Shown in pieces: positions 38,306 to 48,405 of a DNA stretch of 64,000 nucleotides (within the stretch, counting starts at the first letter, position 1; every line of letters begins with the position of its first letter). The notes beneath the pieces are model-generated. The model ran no database searches. It was not told the origin of the DNA and saw only the letters and a program-made list of their open reading frames with translations. The translations under genes and the position numbers were made by a program. Where the stretch lies: contig OY829846.1 in the NCBI GenBank assembly GCA_963691875.1, positions 4,160,001 to 4,224,000 on the forward strand, given 5' to 3'. This DNA is from Aureliella sp. (lineage in GTDB: Bacteria; Planctomycetota; Planctomycetia; Pirellulales; Pirellulaceae).

Positions 38306-38380
38306 ATTCATAACCCGACGCTTCAGCGAGCCGGCGACGCTTTAATTTAGCTTTTCTCGCTCACGTTTCGGGTTGTGAAT
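38306..38380. repeat. REP-like inverted repeat (family B)
   Basis: ATTCATAACCCGACGCTTCAGCGAG ... CTCGCTCACGTTTCGGGTTGTGAAT; 25-nt arms with 5 mismatches. Confidence 0.75.
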
Positions 38381-38513
38381 AGCCATGCGTTCATGCGACT
38401 GCTTGTAGCTTTTCGCCCCCTAGAAGGTTAGATTAGGAGACCACAAGTGCGCTCTAGCAGCATCTTCTTCACACCCTTCCCCAACTTGCCCGCCATTTTC
38501 AGGAGTCTATCCG

Positions 38514-40007
38514 ATGACTACTCGTAATTCTGATTCGAGAAAACGTAGTTCGCGTCGTACGTTCTTGGCGACAACAGGAGCTGTCGCAGGAACCAGTATG
38601 CTGGCGAGTCCACTTTCAAGTTCCAAAGCGTACGGAGCCAATGATCGACTGAGAATCGCGGTTGCTGGTCTAAATGGCAGAGGCGGAAATCATATCGACG
38701 GATGGCTCCGTCAAAACAACGTAGAGATCGCATGGCTCATCGACCCAGACGAAAGAGTTCTGGCAAATCGGATCAAGCAAGTGCGCGAAAAATCTGGTGG
38801 CAAGTCAAATCCAAAGGGAACCACCGATGTTCGCGAAGCGCTTGAAGACAAATCTTTCGACGCGATTTCCGTTGCAACGCCCAATCACTGGCATTCGCTC
38901 ATTACGATCTGGGCCGCGCAGGCTGGCAAGCACGTCTATGTTGAAAAGCCGATGAGTCACGACGTGGAAGAAGGTCGTATCTGCGTTGAAGCGCAGAAAA
39001 AATACGGTGTCGTGATTCAGCACGGAACACAGAGACGCAGCGGAGCGTCTTATGCCGGGCTGGCGAAGATGATTCACGACGGTAAGTTTGGCCGGCTCAA
39101 GATATCATATGGCTACTGCTGCAAGCCGCGGGGATCGATCGGGATCAAGAAAACCGGCTCAGCTCCATCAAATTTGGATTGGGATCTTTGGCGGGGGCCA
39201 GCGGATATCGATCAGTTTCATGCGAACTACGTACACTACAACTGGCACTGGTTCTGGAAGACGGGCAATGGTGACTTAAATAATCAGGGTACGCATCAGT
39301 TGGATGTCGCACGCTGGGCCATTGATCCCGATCAAACGCATCCGGTTCGAGCCATGGCGCTCGGTGGTCGTTTTCAGTGGGGAGATCAAGGCGAGACACC
39401 GAATACGATGTTTGGGATGGCAGAGTATCCAAATGGTCAGATGGTCTTCTTCAACGTTCGCAACGTGGGCTATAAAGGCTATCAGCGCCAAGTTATGAAC
39501 GAGTACTACTTCGAAGACGGTGGCCGGATCGTAGAAGGTGGTGGTTACACCTACTATCCAGCAGGATCGGACAAGGGTGAAAAAATCAAGATCGAAGACG
39601 GCTCCGAATTGGTGACTCCAGGTGGAAACTGGGGCAGCTTTGTCGAGGCTTGTCGTGCTGGTGATCCGTCGATGGCTAATGGGAATGTATATGACGCGCA
39701 TTACGGTTGCGTGCTTGGCCACTTAATGAACAATTCTTATCGCCTTGGTAAGCCAGCTGCGTTTAGTAAGCAGACGGGGCAGTTTGCTGACAATCCAGAT
39801 GCCACAGAGCATTTCGAAAAGCTGCACGATGTGATGAGCAAAGGAGTTGGCATTCCTCAGGAGGGCAACCAGTATGTCGTCGGACCAACCTTGACCTTTG
39901 ATCCTGAGTCAGAGAAGCACACCGGCGATCATGCTCAAGCAGCGAACACGCTACTCAAAGATGCAAACCGCTCCGGCTTCCAGATTCCTAATCGTGAGAC
40001 TGTTTAG
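38514..40007 (+). CDS. Tat-exported Gfo/Idh/MocA oxidoreductase
   Basis: SRRTFL Tat motif, ATPNHWH, KHVYVEKP, HYNWHWFW, GDLNNQGTHQLD. Confidence 0.92.
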   Translation: MTTRNSDSRKRSSRRTFLATTGAVAGTSMLASPLSSSKAYGANDRLRIAVAGLNGRGGNHIDGWLRQNNVEIAWLIDPDERVLANRIKQVREKSGGKSNPKGTTDVREALEDKSFDAISVATPNHWHSLITIWAAQAGKHVYVEKPMSHDVEEGRICVEAQKKYGVVIQHGTQRRSGASYAGLAKMIHDGKFGRLKISYGYCCKPRGSIGIKKTGSAPSNLDWDLWRGPADIDQFHANYVHYNWHWFWKTGNGDLNNQGTHQLDVARWAIDPDQTHPVRAMALGGRFQWGDQGETPNTMFGMAEYPNGQMVFFNVRNVGYKGYQRQVMNEYYFEDGGRIVEGGGYTYYPAGSDKGEKIKIEDGSELVTPGGNWGSFVEACRAGDPSMANGNVYDAHYGCVLGHLMNNSYRLGKPAAFSKQTGQFADNPDATEHFEKLHDVMSKGVGIPQEGNQYVVGPTLTFDPESEKHTGDHAQAANTLLKDANRSGFQIPNRETV

Positions 40008-40164
40008 GTCAGAATCTGCCAGCTCAAGTTCGCTTTCAAGCAGTATTCCCTTACGTGAAAAACACTCCATTGGTAGAAGCTCTTCTGCCGATCGCCTTAG
40101 CCCCGACGCTTGAGCGTGGTGCTCGCCAATCATCTAACCATTATCCTCTCCTTGGAACTGTTTT

Positions 40165-41145
40165 ATGAACCGTAGAGTTTTTCTGTCGCTTGGTCTTCTG
40201 TCCTGCATCATTGCTGGTTGTGGAGGTGAGTCCGGCAGCAAGTCAGATAGTGATACGCTGACGATCGCGGTTATTCCTAAAGGCACAAGTCACGAGTTCT
40301 GGAAATCGGTTCACTTTGGTGCTGAGAAAGCAGCCGAGGAGTGTGGCAATGTCAAGATTGTCTGGAAGGGTCCCGTAGTGGAGAGTGACACAGGAAGCCA
40401 GATTCAGGTGGTCAAAGAGATGGTCTCCAGAGGCGTCGACGGGATCGCGCTTGCACCCAATCAAAAAGAAGGGTTGGTTGATGCGGTTACTGAATCGATT
40501 GAAGCCGAGATTCCTGTCGTGATTTTTGACTCAGGCCTCAATGAAGGCCCAGAGATCGTTAGCTACGTCGCAACGGATAACTTCAAAGGTGGTCAAATGG
40601 CTGCCGAGGCGATGGCTAGGGCTATCGGCGAGAAAGGAAACGTGATTCTGTTGCGTTATCTGGCTGGGAGTGAGAGCACCGAGCAGCGGGAAGAAGGATT
40701 CTTAGAAGCCCTTCAGAAGTATCCAGACATTAAGGTCGTTTCCTCAGACCAACGAGGTGGAGATAACACCACTTCGGCGAAAGAAAAGGTCGATCAATTG
40801 TTGCAATTGCACGGCAAGGACTTAGCGGGGATTTTTGCGGTCTGTGAACCGAACGCGAATGGAACGCTGGAATCACTACGCAATGCTGGGTTGGATGGAA
40901 AAGTAAAGTTTATTGCTTTCGATCCAAGCGATGCTTTGATTGAGGGGTTAGAGGATGGTTCTTGCTCAGGAATCGTTCTGCAAGATCCGGTGGAGATGGG
41001 CTATCGTTCCGTCCTAACCATTGTCGATTCGATCAAAGGCAAGAATGCTGAAGCGTTTATTTCGACCGGAGAGTATTGCGCGACACCCGAGAACATGGGC
41101 GAAGATCGGATGAAAGAGTTGCTCAAGCCGCAAATCACTAATTAG
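40165..41145 (+). CDS. Sugar ABC transporter substrate-binding lipoprotein (RbsB-like)
   Basis: Lipobox IAGC, IAVIPKGTSHEFW, VATDNFKGG, IVLQDP. Confidence 0.9.
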   Translation: MNRRVFLSLGLLSCIIAGCGGESGSKSDSDTLTIAVIPKGTSHEFWKSVHFGAEKAAEECGNVKIVWKGPVVESDTGSQIQVVKEMVSRGVDGIALAPNQKEGLVDAVTESIEAEIPVVIFDSGLNEGPEIVSYVATDNFKGGQMAAEAMARAIGEKGNVILLRYLAGSESTEQREEGFLEALQKYPDIKVVSSDQRGGDNTTSAKEKVDQLLQLHGKDLAGIFAVCEPNANGTLESLRNAGLDGKVKFIAFDPSDALIEGLEDGSCSGIVLQDPVEMGYRSVLTIVDSIKGKNAEAFISTGEYCATPENMGEDRMKELLKPQITN

Positions 41146-41339
41146 ATAGAGTCGTATTTCCGTTTTCACTCAGCGCCAATTTTCCCTAGTTGATTATCCT
41201 GTTGTTAGATAATCGATAGGCGAATTACAGGAACTGCGTTGAATTCCCTACTCTCAATACCCCTCAAGCAAACCGTACAAGCTTCACGCGCTTAGATGAG
41301 CTCCTTGTATCGCTTACCTTGGTCGTGCTGATCTGTCGG

Positions 41340-42362
41340 TCAGCATGGGACTTGGTTTCCGCCAGCGTCTTGGATTCTGCGGAGGACTTTTGTCCAGCCG
41401 AATTGTTTTGTGAGCTGCAGAGCAGTCGTACCGTTGGGCGAGACTGTGTTTGTATTGGCACCAAACGGAAGGCACACGTCGACTCCATCGTACGAGCTGC
41501 TTTTAGCTAATTTATGCAGCAAAGTAAAATTCGCTTTCATCGACGGCGGTTAAAGAGCTTTAATCCTCTTGGAGTTGTTCGACCAGCGATTCTCGCATGT
41601 TGATTGACATCGGATGTTCTAATTCACTAACTTGGTTGAAAGGGCCGTGTACGAATAGGCAGTCGAGTTCAGGTAAGGGAGAACGTTTGGATTTTATCTC
41701 TTCAGGCAAGTAACTCTGAGGAACGAGTCGGATTCCACCGGGCACACCGAAGTCCATGCCCCAGGCGTCATCGTGAGCTTTGAGTTCCTTCTTATCCATT
41801 CCAAGACGCAGCATCTGGACGGCAAACCCACCGCAAACTTTACCCATCACGGTGTATGCCCAGTCCACCATTTGTTTTGCAGGTACGGAAACCTCGTCGC
41901 CTTCATTATAGGACTTCAGTGAGTCTGGCTGATTGAGTTGCACGCCGCGAATCTGCTGCCCATCAAATTCCACTTCCGACACCCACATGTATTCTCGCCC
42001 AAGATCGTTCGGGTGAATGCTACGCAATTCAGGTGGATCCGAGAACGCAATCTTCACGGCGGCGAAATAAAGCCGGGGATGATGCGTCTTTGCTCCCAGG
42101 CCAGTTCTCGAAGGAAGAATCGAAAAGTCTTGCGGACTTAGGCAGCAGCTTTGGGCAACCTGTCGTCATCGCCGGGAATAAGCAGTACTCGATCTTCCGA
42201 AACGCCTGGACCACGACTCTTCTTGCCCTCTTGCAAGAAGAAGACAACAGGTGCGGACGGATTTCCGGAACTTGCAATTCCAGTATCGAGGCTGTGCCAA
42301 AATTCTTTTACGATGCTTCGGAGTGTGTGTTTTAATGTCTCGGAAGTTCGTGGTTGCGGCAC
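41340..42362 (-). pseudogene. DUF2314 (YegJ-like) + ankyrin-repeat protein, decayed
   Basis: FRFFLRELAWEQRRIIPG, EYMWV, HDDAWG, EHPMSINM, then ankyrin-like TLLHKLA...GANTN...NGTTALQL. TAA at 42138 and 41560, frameshifts near 42068 and 41530. Confidence 0.75.
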
Positions 42363-42686
42363 GAGCAGGTTCTACTACCGAGAGATTCGTCCAATGTTGA
42401 TCCATAAACTCTGGCTCGCCTTGGTAGAAACACGAGAGTGCCAATCGCTCGCCAATTTTGACTTTGCCGCCAGATGAAATCTTCCGTGAAACCTCGGAGA
42501 CGATGATCGCGTCGACGAGCAGCGAAAATCCCTCGCGCTTGAGAAACTGGCCAATTTGCACGCGTATTCCGGCGGGGTTGGATACGTAGGTATCCATTTG
42601 CGTTTTCTCAAAACTAGCTGGGAAGGGTAATTTAGTTCAGATTTAACTGCTAGAAGCAGGGGTAATCCTCGTTTCACATCGGCGAA

Positions 42687-42756
42687 GTGAGCCGTCCGCG
42701 CTAGCGTCGCGGCGAGGCAAGAAAACGCTAGCCCGCGGCTAACGCCTTCGGCTCCC
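42687..42756. repeat. REP-like palindromic element (family A)
   Basis: GTGAGCCGTCCGCGCTAGCG..CGCGG ... CCGCGGCTAACGCCTTCGGCTC. Confidence 0.6.
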
Positions 42757-42890
42757 AGATTGAAACTCTGATTTACCCTGCCTCTCGAAGGAACGTCTTG
42801 GTCGGCGTACCTCCAGTGGCGTAGAATAGGGAGTCTGATAAACCCAGCAAAGCACCATCAGAACCATCTTCAAAAGCGATCGACTCACCT

Positions 42891-45800
42891 GTGAGTTCTA
42901 TTCCCTCGTCACCAAAACTTTCGGTATCGCAAGCAAAACTGCTGAGCGATACGGACCGGCTTATTGAGCAAGCGCGAAGGCTAGTTCGTAGACGTGCCTT
43001 GCTCTCTTGGTTGAGCTTTTGCCTCGGCTTGGGAGCGTTTCTAGTTGTTCTAGACTGCTTTGTGCAACGAGAAGAATTCGGCTTGCGGCTGCTGTCCTTT
43101 GCTTCATTGCTTCTGGTCGCCGCCTATGCAAGCTGGAGAGTTCTTCGGCCAGCTTGGCAGTTCGATCCAAGTCGGCAGGACGTCGCTCGCTGGATGGAGT
43201 CAGGCGCTGTATCGGGAGGTAAAGAGACGGCTACAGCAATCCAGCTTGCTAGTATTGACGATCACGATGAGCGTTTTGGAAATGCTGCGTTTCGACAAGC
43301 GGCTATGGAACAATGGTCGCGACAGCAAGCCCAGCCTGCATGGGATTCGCTTCTCGATCGATCACAGCTAAAACGCTCTGTTACGGTCTTGCTTTGTCTG
43401 CTGGGAGTTCTATTGACTCTGGGCGCACTCTGGCCTGTCGCTGCCTGGACCGGAGTTCTTCGTCTGAGCAATCCGTGGCTGAGTGCTCCTTGGCCTAGAG
43501 AAGATAGTCTGGCGTTTCGAAAGCTGCCTGCGGCTTGGGCTCTGGGGGCAGAACTACAGCTAGAAATCGTTGATCAACGTCCTCCGATGCCAGAAGAAAT
43601 TCAGGTGCAGGTGCGCGATGCGGGAAGTAAGGAGGGGTCTGAATTAAATCTGCTAGCCAGGAATCTCGGCGACATTGCAGTCACTACCTTGCCGCCGCTA
43701 GAAGGTTCGGTTGAAGTGCGGGCTGTGGGAGGTGATGACCTCTCTATGCCTTGGCAGCGCGTCGAGGTAATTCCGGTGCCGAGTATCGAGGCACACGCAT
43801 TCTCGGTTTCGGCTCCAGAGTATTCCAACCTCGGTAGCAAGCAGCTCAGTGGCCAACGTGTCGAGGTTCTGGAAGGCTCTCAAGTCGAACTCCGGGGTAG
43901 ATTGGGCGAGCGTGTGAAATCCTTGCGTCTTCGATTTCGAAGCGATTCACGTATAGGCGAGCGTTCCATGCTGCCATCCCAGTCTGTCAGTAATCAATCG
44001 GAAACACCTTCGAGTTTGCCAAAGGTTGAGCTTACACGAGACGGAAGAAGGTTTGAGCTTGTGGGTGAATCGGGAGCGTCATGGTCTGCTTTGCAGTCCG
44101 TGAGCTGGCGCTTCGAAGTCGAAACGAAAGATGGCTTGGTAACCGAACTGCCAAGTCTTTGGGGCATCGAAGTCGTTCCAGATCTGCCTCCTGAAATCCG
44201 CTGGAAAGATCCTGACACAAGGCAAGTTTCCCGCGAAGCATCGATCGATCTTGCTGCCCAGGTCAGTGATGATCTTGGGTTGGTATCCGTGTCGATGTTT
44301 GCAGCGAAATCAGGAGGGCAGTCAAGCGCTGAGGTTGGGCCAGTTCCGCAAGAGGGATTCCCAGCCGAAGAGGATTCGCAGCTGTTGTATTCAGGTGGTT
44401 TATGGGAATCCAGCAATCCATCTGAGAACAAGCAAATACAAGTCGCGACCAAGTGGAGAATCGAAAATTATATTGACACGGAAGACTTGGAGAGCTTTGA
44501 AGTTTGGTTTCGCGCTTGCGATAGTCTGGGTCAACTTGCCGACAGTGATCGCATTACAGTGCGTCTGAGGTCGAAAGCTGAGATTCTGAATTCGATCGCT
44601 TCCGATGCAGAGCAGCTAGCGGGCCGAATCGAGCAAGTCTTGCAATCGCAGCGTCGGAATCGGCAGCTCGCTCTGCGTGTCAGCGAAGCCCTGCAGCAAT
44701 CGGGATTCGTAGATGGGACGGCCCGAGAGAATTTGTCGATTATTTCGCAGATTCAGGCGGTAATACGAAAGCAGGTAGGACTGAGTGAGGGAAGTTTGGT
44801 TGAGCATGTCGCCAGTATTGTCGCTGACTTGGAGCAAAACCAGCTGGCCGATGTGCCCCAAGCTGAGGAGATGCGACTGTTGCAAGCCGAACTGCAGAGC
44901 ATTGCCGATAAGAGTTTGGCTCAGGCGCAAGAGTTTGCTTCGCGAGCCAATCTTGCAGCTTTGGAGAGTGATGCAGAACCGAAAACGGTGAGCGCTGGAA
45001 TGGAAGAAGTCCTCGCGGCTCAAGCAAAAGCGATTTTGGAGCTTGAGTCGCTACTAGGAGATCTTTCGGCTTCCGAAGCTGGGCAAGCCATTCACCGGGA
45101 ATTACTCTCGATTCGGGACGAGCAAGCTGCGCTAAAAGCGAGTGCCGAGGATTTGCGATTGGATGAGATCGCGAATCAGAATTCGAATCAACACGAGCGG
45201 CGAAGGGGTGTTCTGTCTGCGGATCAGCGAGGTCTGGCTAGGCGAGCTGACGAACTAGTGCATCGGATTCGTGAGCAGCCAAGTGATGCGGCCGCTCCGC
45301 TTGCTTCTGTTGCCGATCGTATCCTGAAGGAGCGAGTGAGTGGACTCATGCGGCAGTCTGCCGAAGAGTTCTCGCGAGGCGATACCAGCGAAGCAGGGGC
45401 AACCCAGGACGAAACTCTACGAGCGCTAGACCGGGCTCTCGGACATTTCGGTTCGTCGGATGCCAAGTCGAATAATTTTGCAAATCGGGCTCAGGAATGG
45501 AAGCAACTCGGAGAAGCCCTTGGTGAGCTGTCCGCGCAACAACAACAGCTTGCCGACAAGATTGGTATTGCCGATTCGGATGCTTTGGCTGGTCTCGCCG
45601 AAGAGCAGAAAGACGTACTCAAGCGAACCGGGGACCAGCGAGACGCTGCCGAAGAAAGAGTGGATGCTCGCGTTTCCGATTTGCTTGCCAATGCGATGGA
45701 GTCGCAGCAATCCACGGAGGCGGGTCTCGAGCAGGGCGATGCATCGCAGGCGAGTGCTTCGGCACAGCGGGCAGCAAAGGCACTTGAAAAAGCCGCGGGA

Positions 45801-46472
45801 GCAGCAGAAGGCAAGGCGGCTGAGTTCGAACAGCAATCCAAGGAATTGGCGTTGGCCCGAACCGCAGAAGTTATTCGCGACTTGGCGGAAAGACAAGCGA
45901 TGATTACTGAAGGATTAGGGGATGCTGCTTGGGACGAAGCAGTGGCGATCGATGAAGCTGGGAGAGATAGTATTCGCGCCTTGGCTGCCGACCAAGAATC
46001 GATACGAAGGGACATGCAGCAAACACTTGATTTAGTTTCGGATGAGACAACCTTGCGTTGGACGCTCGATCAGGCCGACAAAGACATGGCTCGGACGGTA
46101 GCTGCAGCGCAAAGATTGCGTGTTCAGCCCGAGGCACGCGATAGTGCGAAAGCCGCCTTGAGCAAACTCAAGCTGGTCGCCGAGACCTTGAATCAACCCG
46201 ATTCCCGGCCTCAGCAGTCGGAGCCAAACGATCCCCAGGAAGGCGAGCAAGAATCGCAGGAAGAGTCGAATCGGTTTCCTCCCTTGATGACGCTCAAGTT
46301 GATTCGCGGTTTACAGGATGCGATCAATCAGCGTACAGCCGAAGTGCATAATTGGGAACTTAGTGAGGCCCAGAAGAATCCAATGATTCGAGAGCTCGCG
46401 CAGAGGCAGCAAGCACTTGTTGAGCAACTGGAGACTTTGTTGCAAGAACTTGCAGAGCAGGAGACAAAGTGA
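42891..46472 (+). CDS. Large membrane-anchored coiled-coil protein (DUF4175-like)
   Basis: Three N-terminal TMs, Ig-like middle region (DLPPEI...VSDDLGL), long Q/E/A-rich helical C-terminus. Confidence 0.75.
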   Translation: MSSIPSSPKLSVSQAKLLSDTDRLIEQARRLVRRRALLSWLSFCLGLGAFLVVLDCFVQREEFGLRLLSFASLLLVAAYASWRVLRPAWQFDPSRQDVARWMESGAVSGGKETATAIQLASIDDHDERFGNAAFRQAAMEQWSRQQAQPAWDSLLDRSQLKRSVTVLLCLLGVLLTLGALWPVAAWTGVLRLSNPWLSAPWPREDSLAFRKLPAAWALGAELQLEIVDQRPPMPEEIQVQVRDAGSKEGSELNLLARNLGDIAVTTLPPLEGSVEVRAVGGDDLSMPWQRVEVIPVPSIEAHAFSVSAPEYSNLGSKQLSGQRVEVLEGSQVELRGRLGERVKSLRLRFRSDSRIGERSMLPSQSVSNQSETPSSLPKVELTRDGRRFELVGESGASWSALQSVSWRFEVETKDGLVTELPSLWGIEVVPDLPPEIRWKDPDTRQVSREASIDLAAQVSDDLGLVSVSMFAAKSGGQSSAEVGPVPQEGFPAEEDSQLLYSGGLWESSNPSENKQIQVATKWRIENYIDTEDLESFEVWFRACDSLGQLADSDRITVRLRSKAEILNSIASDAEQLAGRIEQVLQSQRRNRQLALRVSEALQQSGFVDGTARENLSIISQIQAVIRKQVGLSEGSLVEHVASIVADLEQNQLADVPQAEEMRLLQAELQSIADKSLAQAQEFASRANLAALESDAEPKTVSAGMEEVLAAQAKAILELESLLGDLSASEAGQAIHRELLSIRDEQAALKASAEDLRLDEIANQNSNQHERRRGVLSADQRGLARRADELVHRIREQPSDAAAPLASVADRILKERVSGLMRQSAEEFSRGDTSEAGATQDETLRALDRALGHFGSSDAKSNNFANRAQEWKQLGEALGELSAQQQQLADKIGIADSDALAGLAEEQKDVLKRTGDQRDAAEERVDARVSDLLANAMESQQSTEAGLEQGDASQASASAQRAAKALEKAAGAAEGKAAEFEQQSKELALARTAEVIRDLAERQAMITEGLGDAAWDEAVAIDEAGRDSIRALAADQESIRRDMQQTLDLVSDETTLRWTLDQADKDMARTVAAAQRLRVQPEARDSAKAALSKLKLVAETLNQPDSRPQQSEPNDPQEGEQESQEESNRFPPLMTLKLIRGLQDAINQRTAEVHNWELSEAQKNPMIRELAQRQQALVEQLETLLQELAEQETK

Positions 46473-47269
46473 TGGCCGGTCGAATGAAGTCCAAGACACC
46501 AGTGTTCCTTATTGCCGCGATGGTTTTATTCTCTTTTGAGTCCTCGTCTTCGCTTGCTCAGGGCAACATAGAAGGGGCAGCATCGCAGCAAAAGCGAAGT
46601 GTTGATTCTCAGGAAGCGCAAGAAAATATAAAAGAACGTGAAGAGAGTTCTTCGTCGCTGACAGATGGGCTTCTAGATCTTCTAGGAGAACCGGAGGTGA
46701 CGAGTGATGCTTCGAAGGACGCGAAGCCGAGCATTTCGCCGAAAGATGTTGGGTTGGACGGTGAGGATCTTGGCGAGCAGCAGGATAATCCATTGGCCTC
46801 AGTCCGGCAGAGCATGGTGATTGCAGCTGAGTTTTTGAACCGGGGTGTGACAGGCGGTACAACGCAAACGCTTCAAGGAGACATCGTCCAGCGCTTGGAT
46901 GATTTGATTCAGCAAATCGAAGACGCACAACAAGATGCCTCTCAGCAAAGCTCGGCGGAGCAGAATTCGCAATCCGAGCAGCAGGAAACTCAGCGTCAGC
47001 AGGGTAATGCTGAAACGCAGACTCAATCGACCGAATCGGAGCAGAATCAAGACCAAACCTCTGGCAGGGACAACCCAGGAAACGACGGCGAGAAGAAAGA
47101 GCTTCGCACGGATCTCGTTGATCCAGGCAAGTTGCAGCTTGAGGTATGGGGGCAGTTGCCTGAACGGATTCGCAAGCAGATGCAGTCGCGGATGGTGGAG
47201 CAATTCTTGCCCAGTTATCGAGACCGCATTCAGTCTTACTTCGAGTCCTTGCTTCGAGAGGACCGGTAG
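46469..47269 (+). CDS. Conserved planctomycete hypothetical protein with Q-rich linker
   Basis: C-terminal WGQLPERIR...EQFLPSYRDRIQSYFESL motif; 4-nt overlap with the upstream gene. Confidence 0.75.
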   Translation: MMAGRMKSKTPVFLIAAMVLFSFESSSSLAQGNIEGAASQQKRSVDSQEAQENIKEREESSSSLTDGLLDLLGEPEVTSDASKDAKPSISPKDVGLDGEDLGEQQDNPLASVRQSMVIAAEFLNRGVTGGTTQTLQGDIVQRLDDLIQQIEDAQQDASQQSSAEQNSQSEQQETQRQQGNAETQTQSTESEQNQDQTSGRDNPGNDGEKKELRTDLVDPGKLQLEVWGQLPERIRKQMQSRMVEQFLPSYRDRIQSYFESLLREDR

Positions 47270-48393
47270 TGGGAATGCAGCTTGACAACGCATGCGCGCA
47301 CTCTGGTCACCAACGTGGCTCCTTTGCGCGACGCCCTGTCTCCCTTAATCGGCGCCGCGCACTGAGAGGGAGTCTTGGACTGCTAGCAGCCGCCGGAGGG
47401 ATCTATGCGCCGCCGGCTGTCGCGGAAGATCTGCTGCCTCGCACTGACCTCGACAAGCTGTACGACCGTGATGTGGATCTAGCTATTCGCCGTGGTCTCG
47501 ACTATCTGATGAAGAGTCAGAAGGAAGACGGTACCTTTCAGTCGCGCGAGCAGGGCCGCTGGGTGGGCGTGGTTTCGCTGGTTGGACTAGGCTTTCTTAG
47601 CCGTGGAGTGCGTTGTGGGGTAGGGCGAGCTGGTCAGGTACTTCAGAGGGCTGGCGAGTACGTTTTGTCTCAGGTGCAGGCAAGCGGTTTTGTTTCAGCG
47701 GCAGGGCAGACAAGTCATGGTCCAATGTACGATCATGGCTTTGGGACTTTGTTTCTCTCTGAGTTGTACGGTATGGCTCCTCAACTCGAGATTCGTCCGA
47801 AGCTTGAGAAAGCTGTGCGTTTGATTGCGCGGACGCAAAATAAGAACGGCGGCTGGCGCTACAATCCCGCCCCGCCAAGTCAAGCAGATCTGTCTGTGAC
47901 GGTCTGCCAGATGATGGCGTTACGCGCCGCGCGAAATGCTGGTTTTGGTGTTCCGAAGCAAATTATTGATCGTTCCGTAGATTACGTTCGACGCAGCCAG
48001 AATTCAGATGGCGGTTACATGTACCAACTGTCCGGTGGGGCCAGCAGATTTCCCATTACGGCGGCTGCAGTGGTTGCCTTGTACAACGCAGGTATCTACG
48101 AAGGGCCGGAAATCGAGGCTGCGACGAAGTTTTTGGAAGGGAATGCTGCGGGAAATATGCGCGTCGAGCGCAATAACTTTTACTTCTATGCCCATTACTA
48201 TTCAGCTCAAGCATTTTGGCATCGTGGCGGTAAAGCTTGGGAGAACTGGTATGGGCAATTGAAAAGAGCTTTGCTCAACTCGCAAAAGCAACAGGGAAGT
48301 TGGTTTGACTTCAACAGCGCGGAATACGGAACAGCAATGGCATGTTTGATCCTCAATATGCCGCGAACGGTTCTTCCGATTTTTCAGAAATAG
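47269..48393 (+). CDS. Prenyltransferase/squalene-oxidase repeat protein
   Basis: QW-like repeats (QKEDGTF, QNKNGGWRY, QNSDGGY, QKQQGSW), MYDHG, ADLSVT; possible Tat motif RRRAL. Confidence 0.88.
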   Translation: MGMQLDNACAHSGHQRGSFARRPVSLNRRRALRGSLGLLAAAGGIYAPPAVAEDLLPRTDLDKLYDRDVDLAIRRGLDYLMKSQKEDGTFQSREQGRWVGVVSLVGLGFLSRGVRCGVGRAGQVLQRAGEYVLSQVQASGFVSAAGQTSHGPMYDHGFGTLFLSELYGMAPQLEIRPKLEKAVRLIARTQNKNGGWRYNPAPPSQADLSVTVCQMMALRAARNAGFGVPKQIIDRSVDYVRRSQNSDGGYMYQLSGGASRFPITAAAVVALYNAGIYEGPEIEAATKFLEGNAAGNMRVERNNFYFYAHYYSAQAFWHRGGKAWENWYGQLKRALLNSQKQQGSWFDFNSAEYGTAMACLILNMPRTVLPIFQK

Positions 48394-48405
48394 TCGAGGA
48401 AGATC

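Noticed and set aside
46509..47288. 259-aa antisense ORF and the many other shadow ORFs in the track
   Set aside because: They lie opposite well-supported genes and contain no family motifs.
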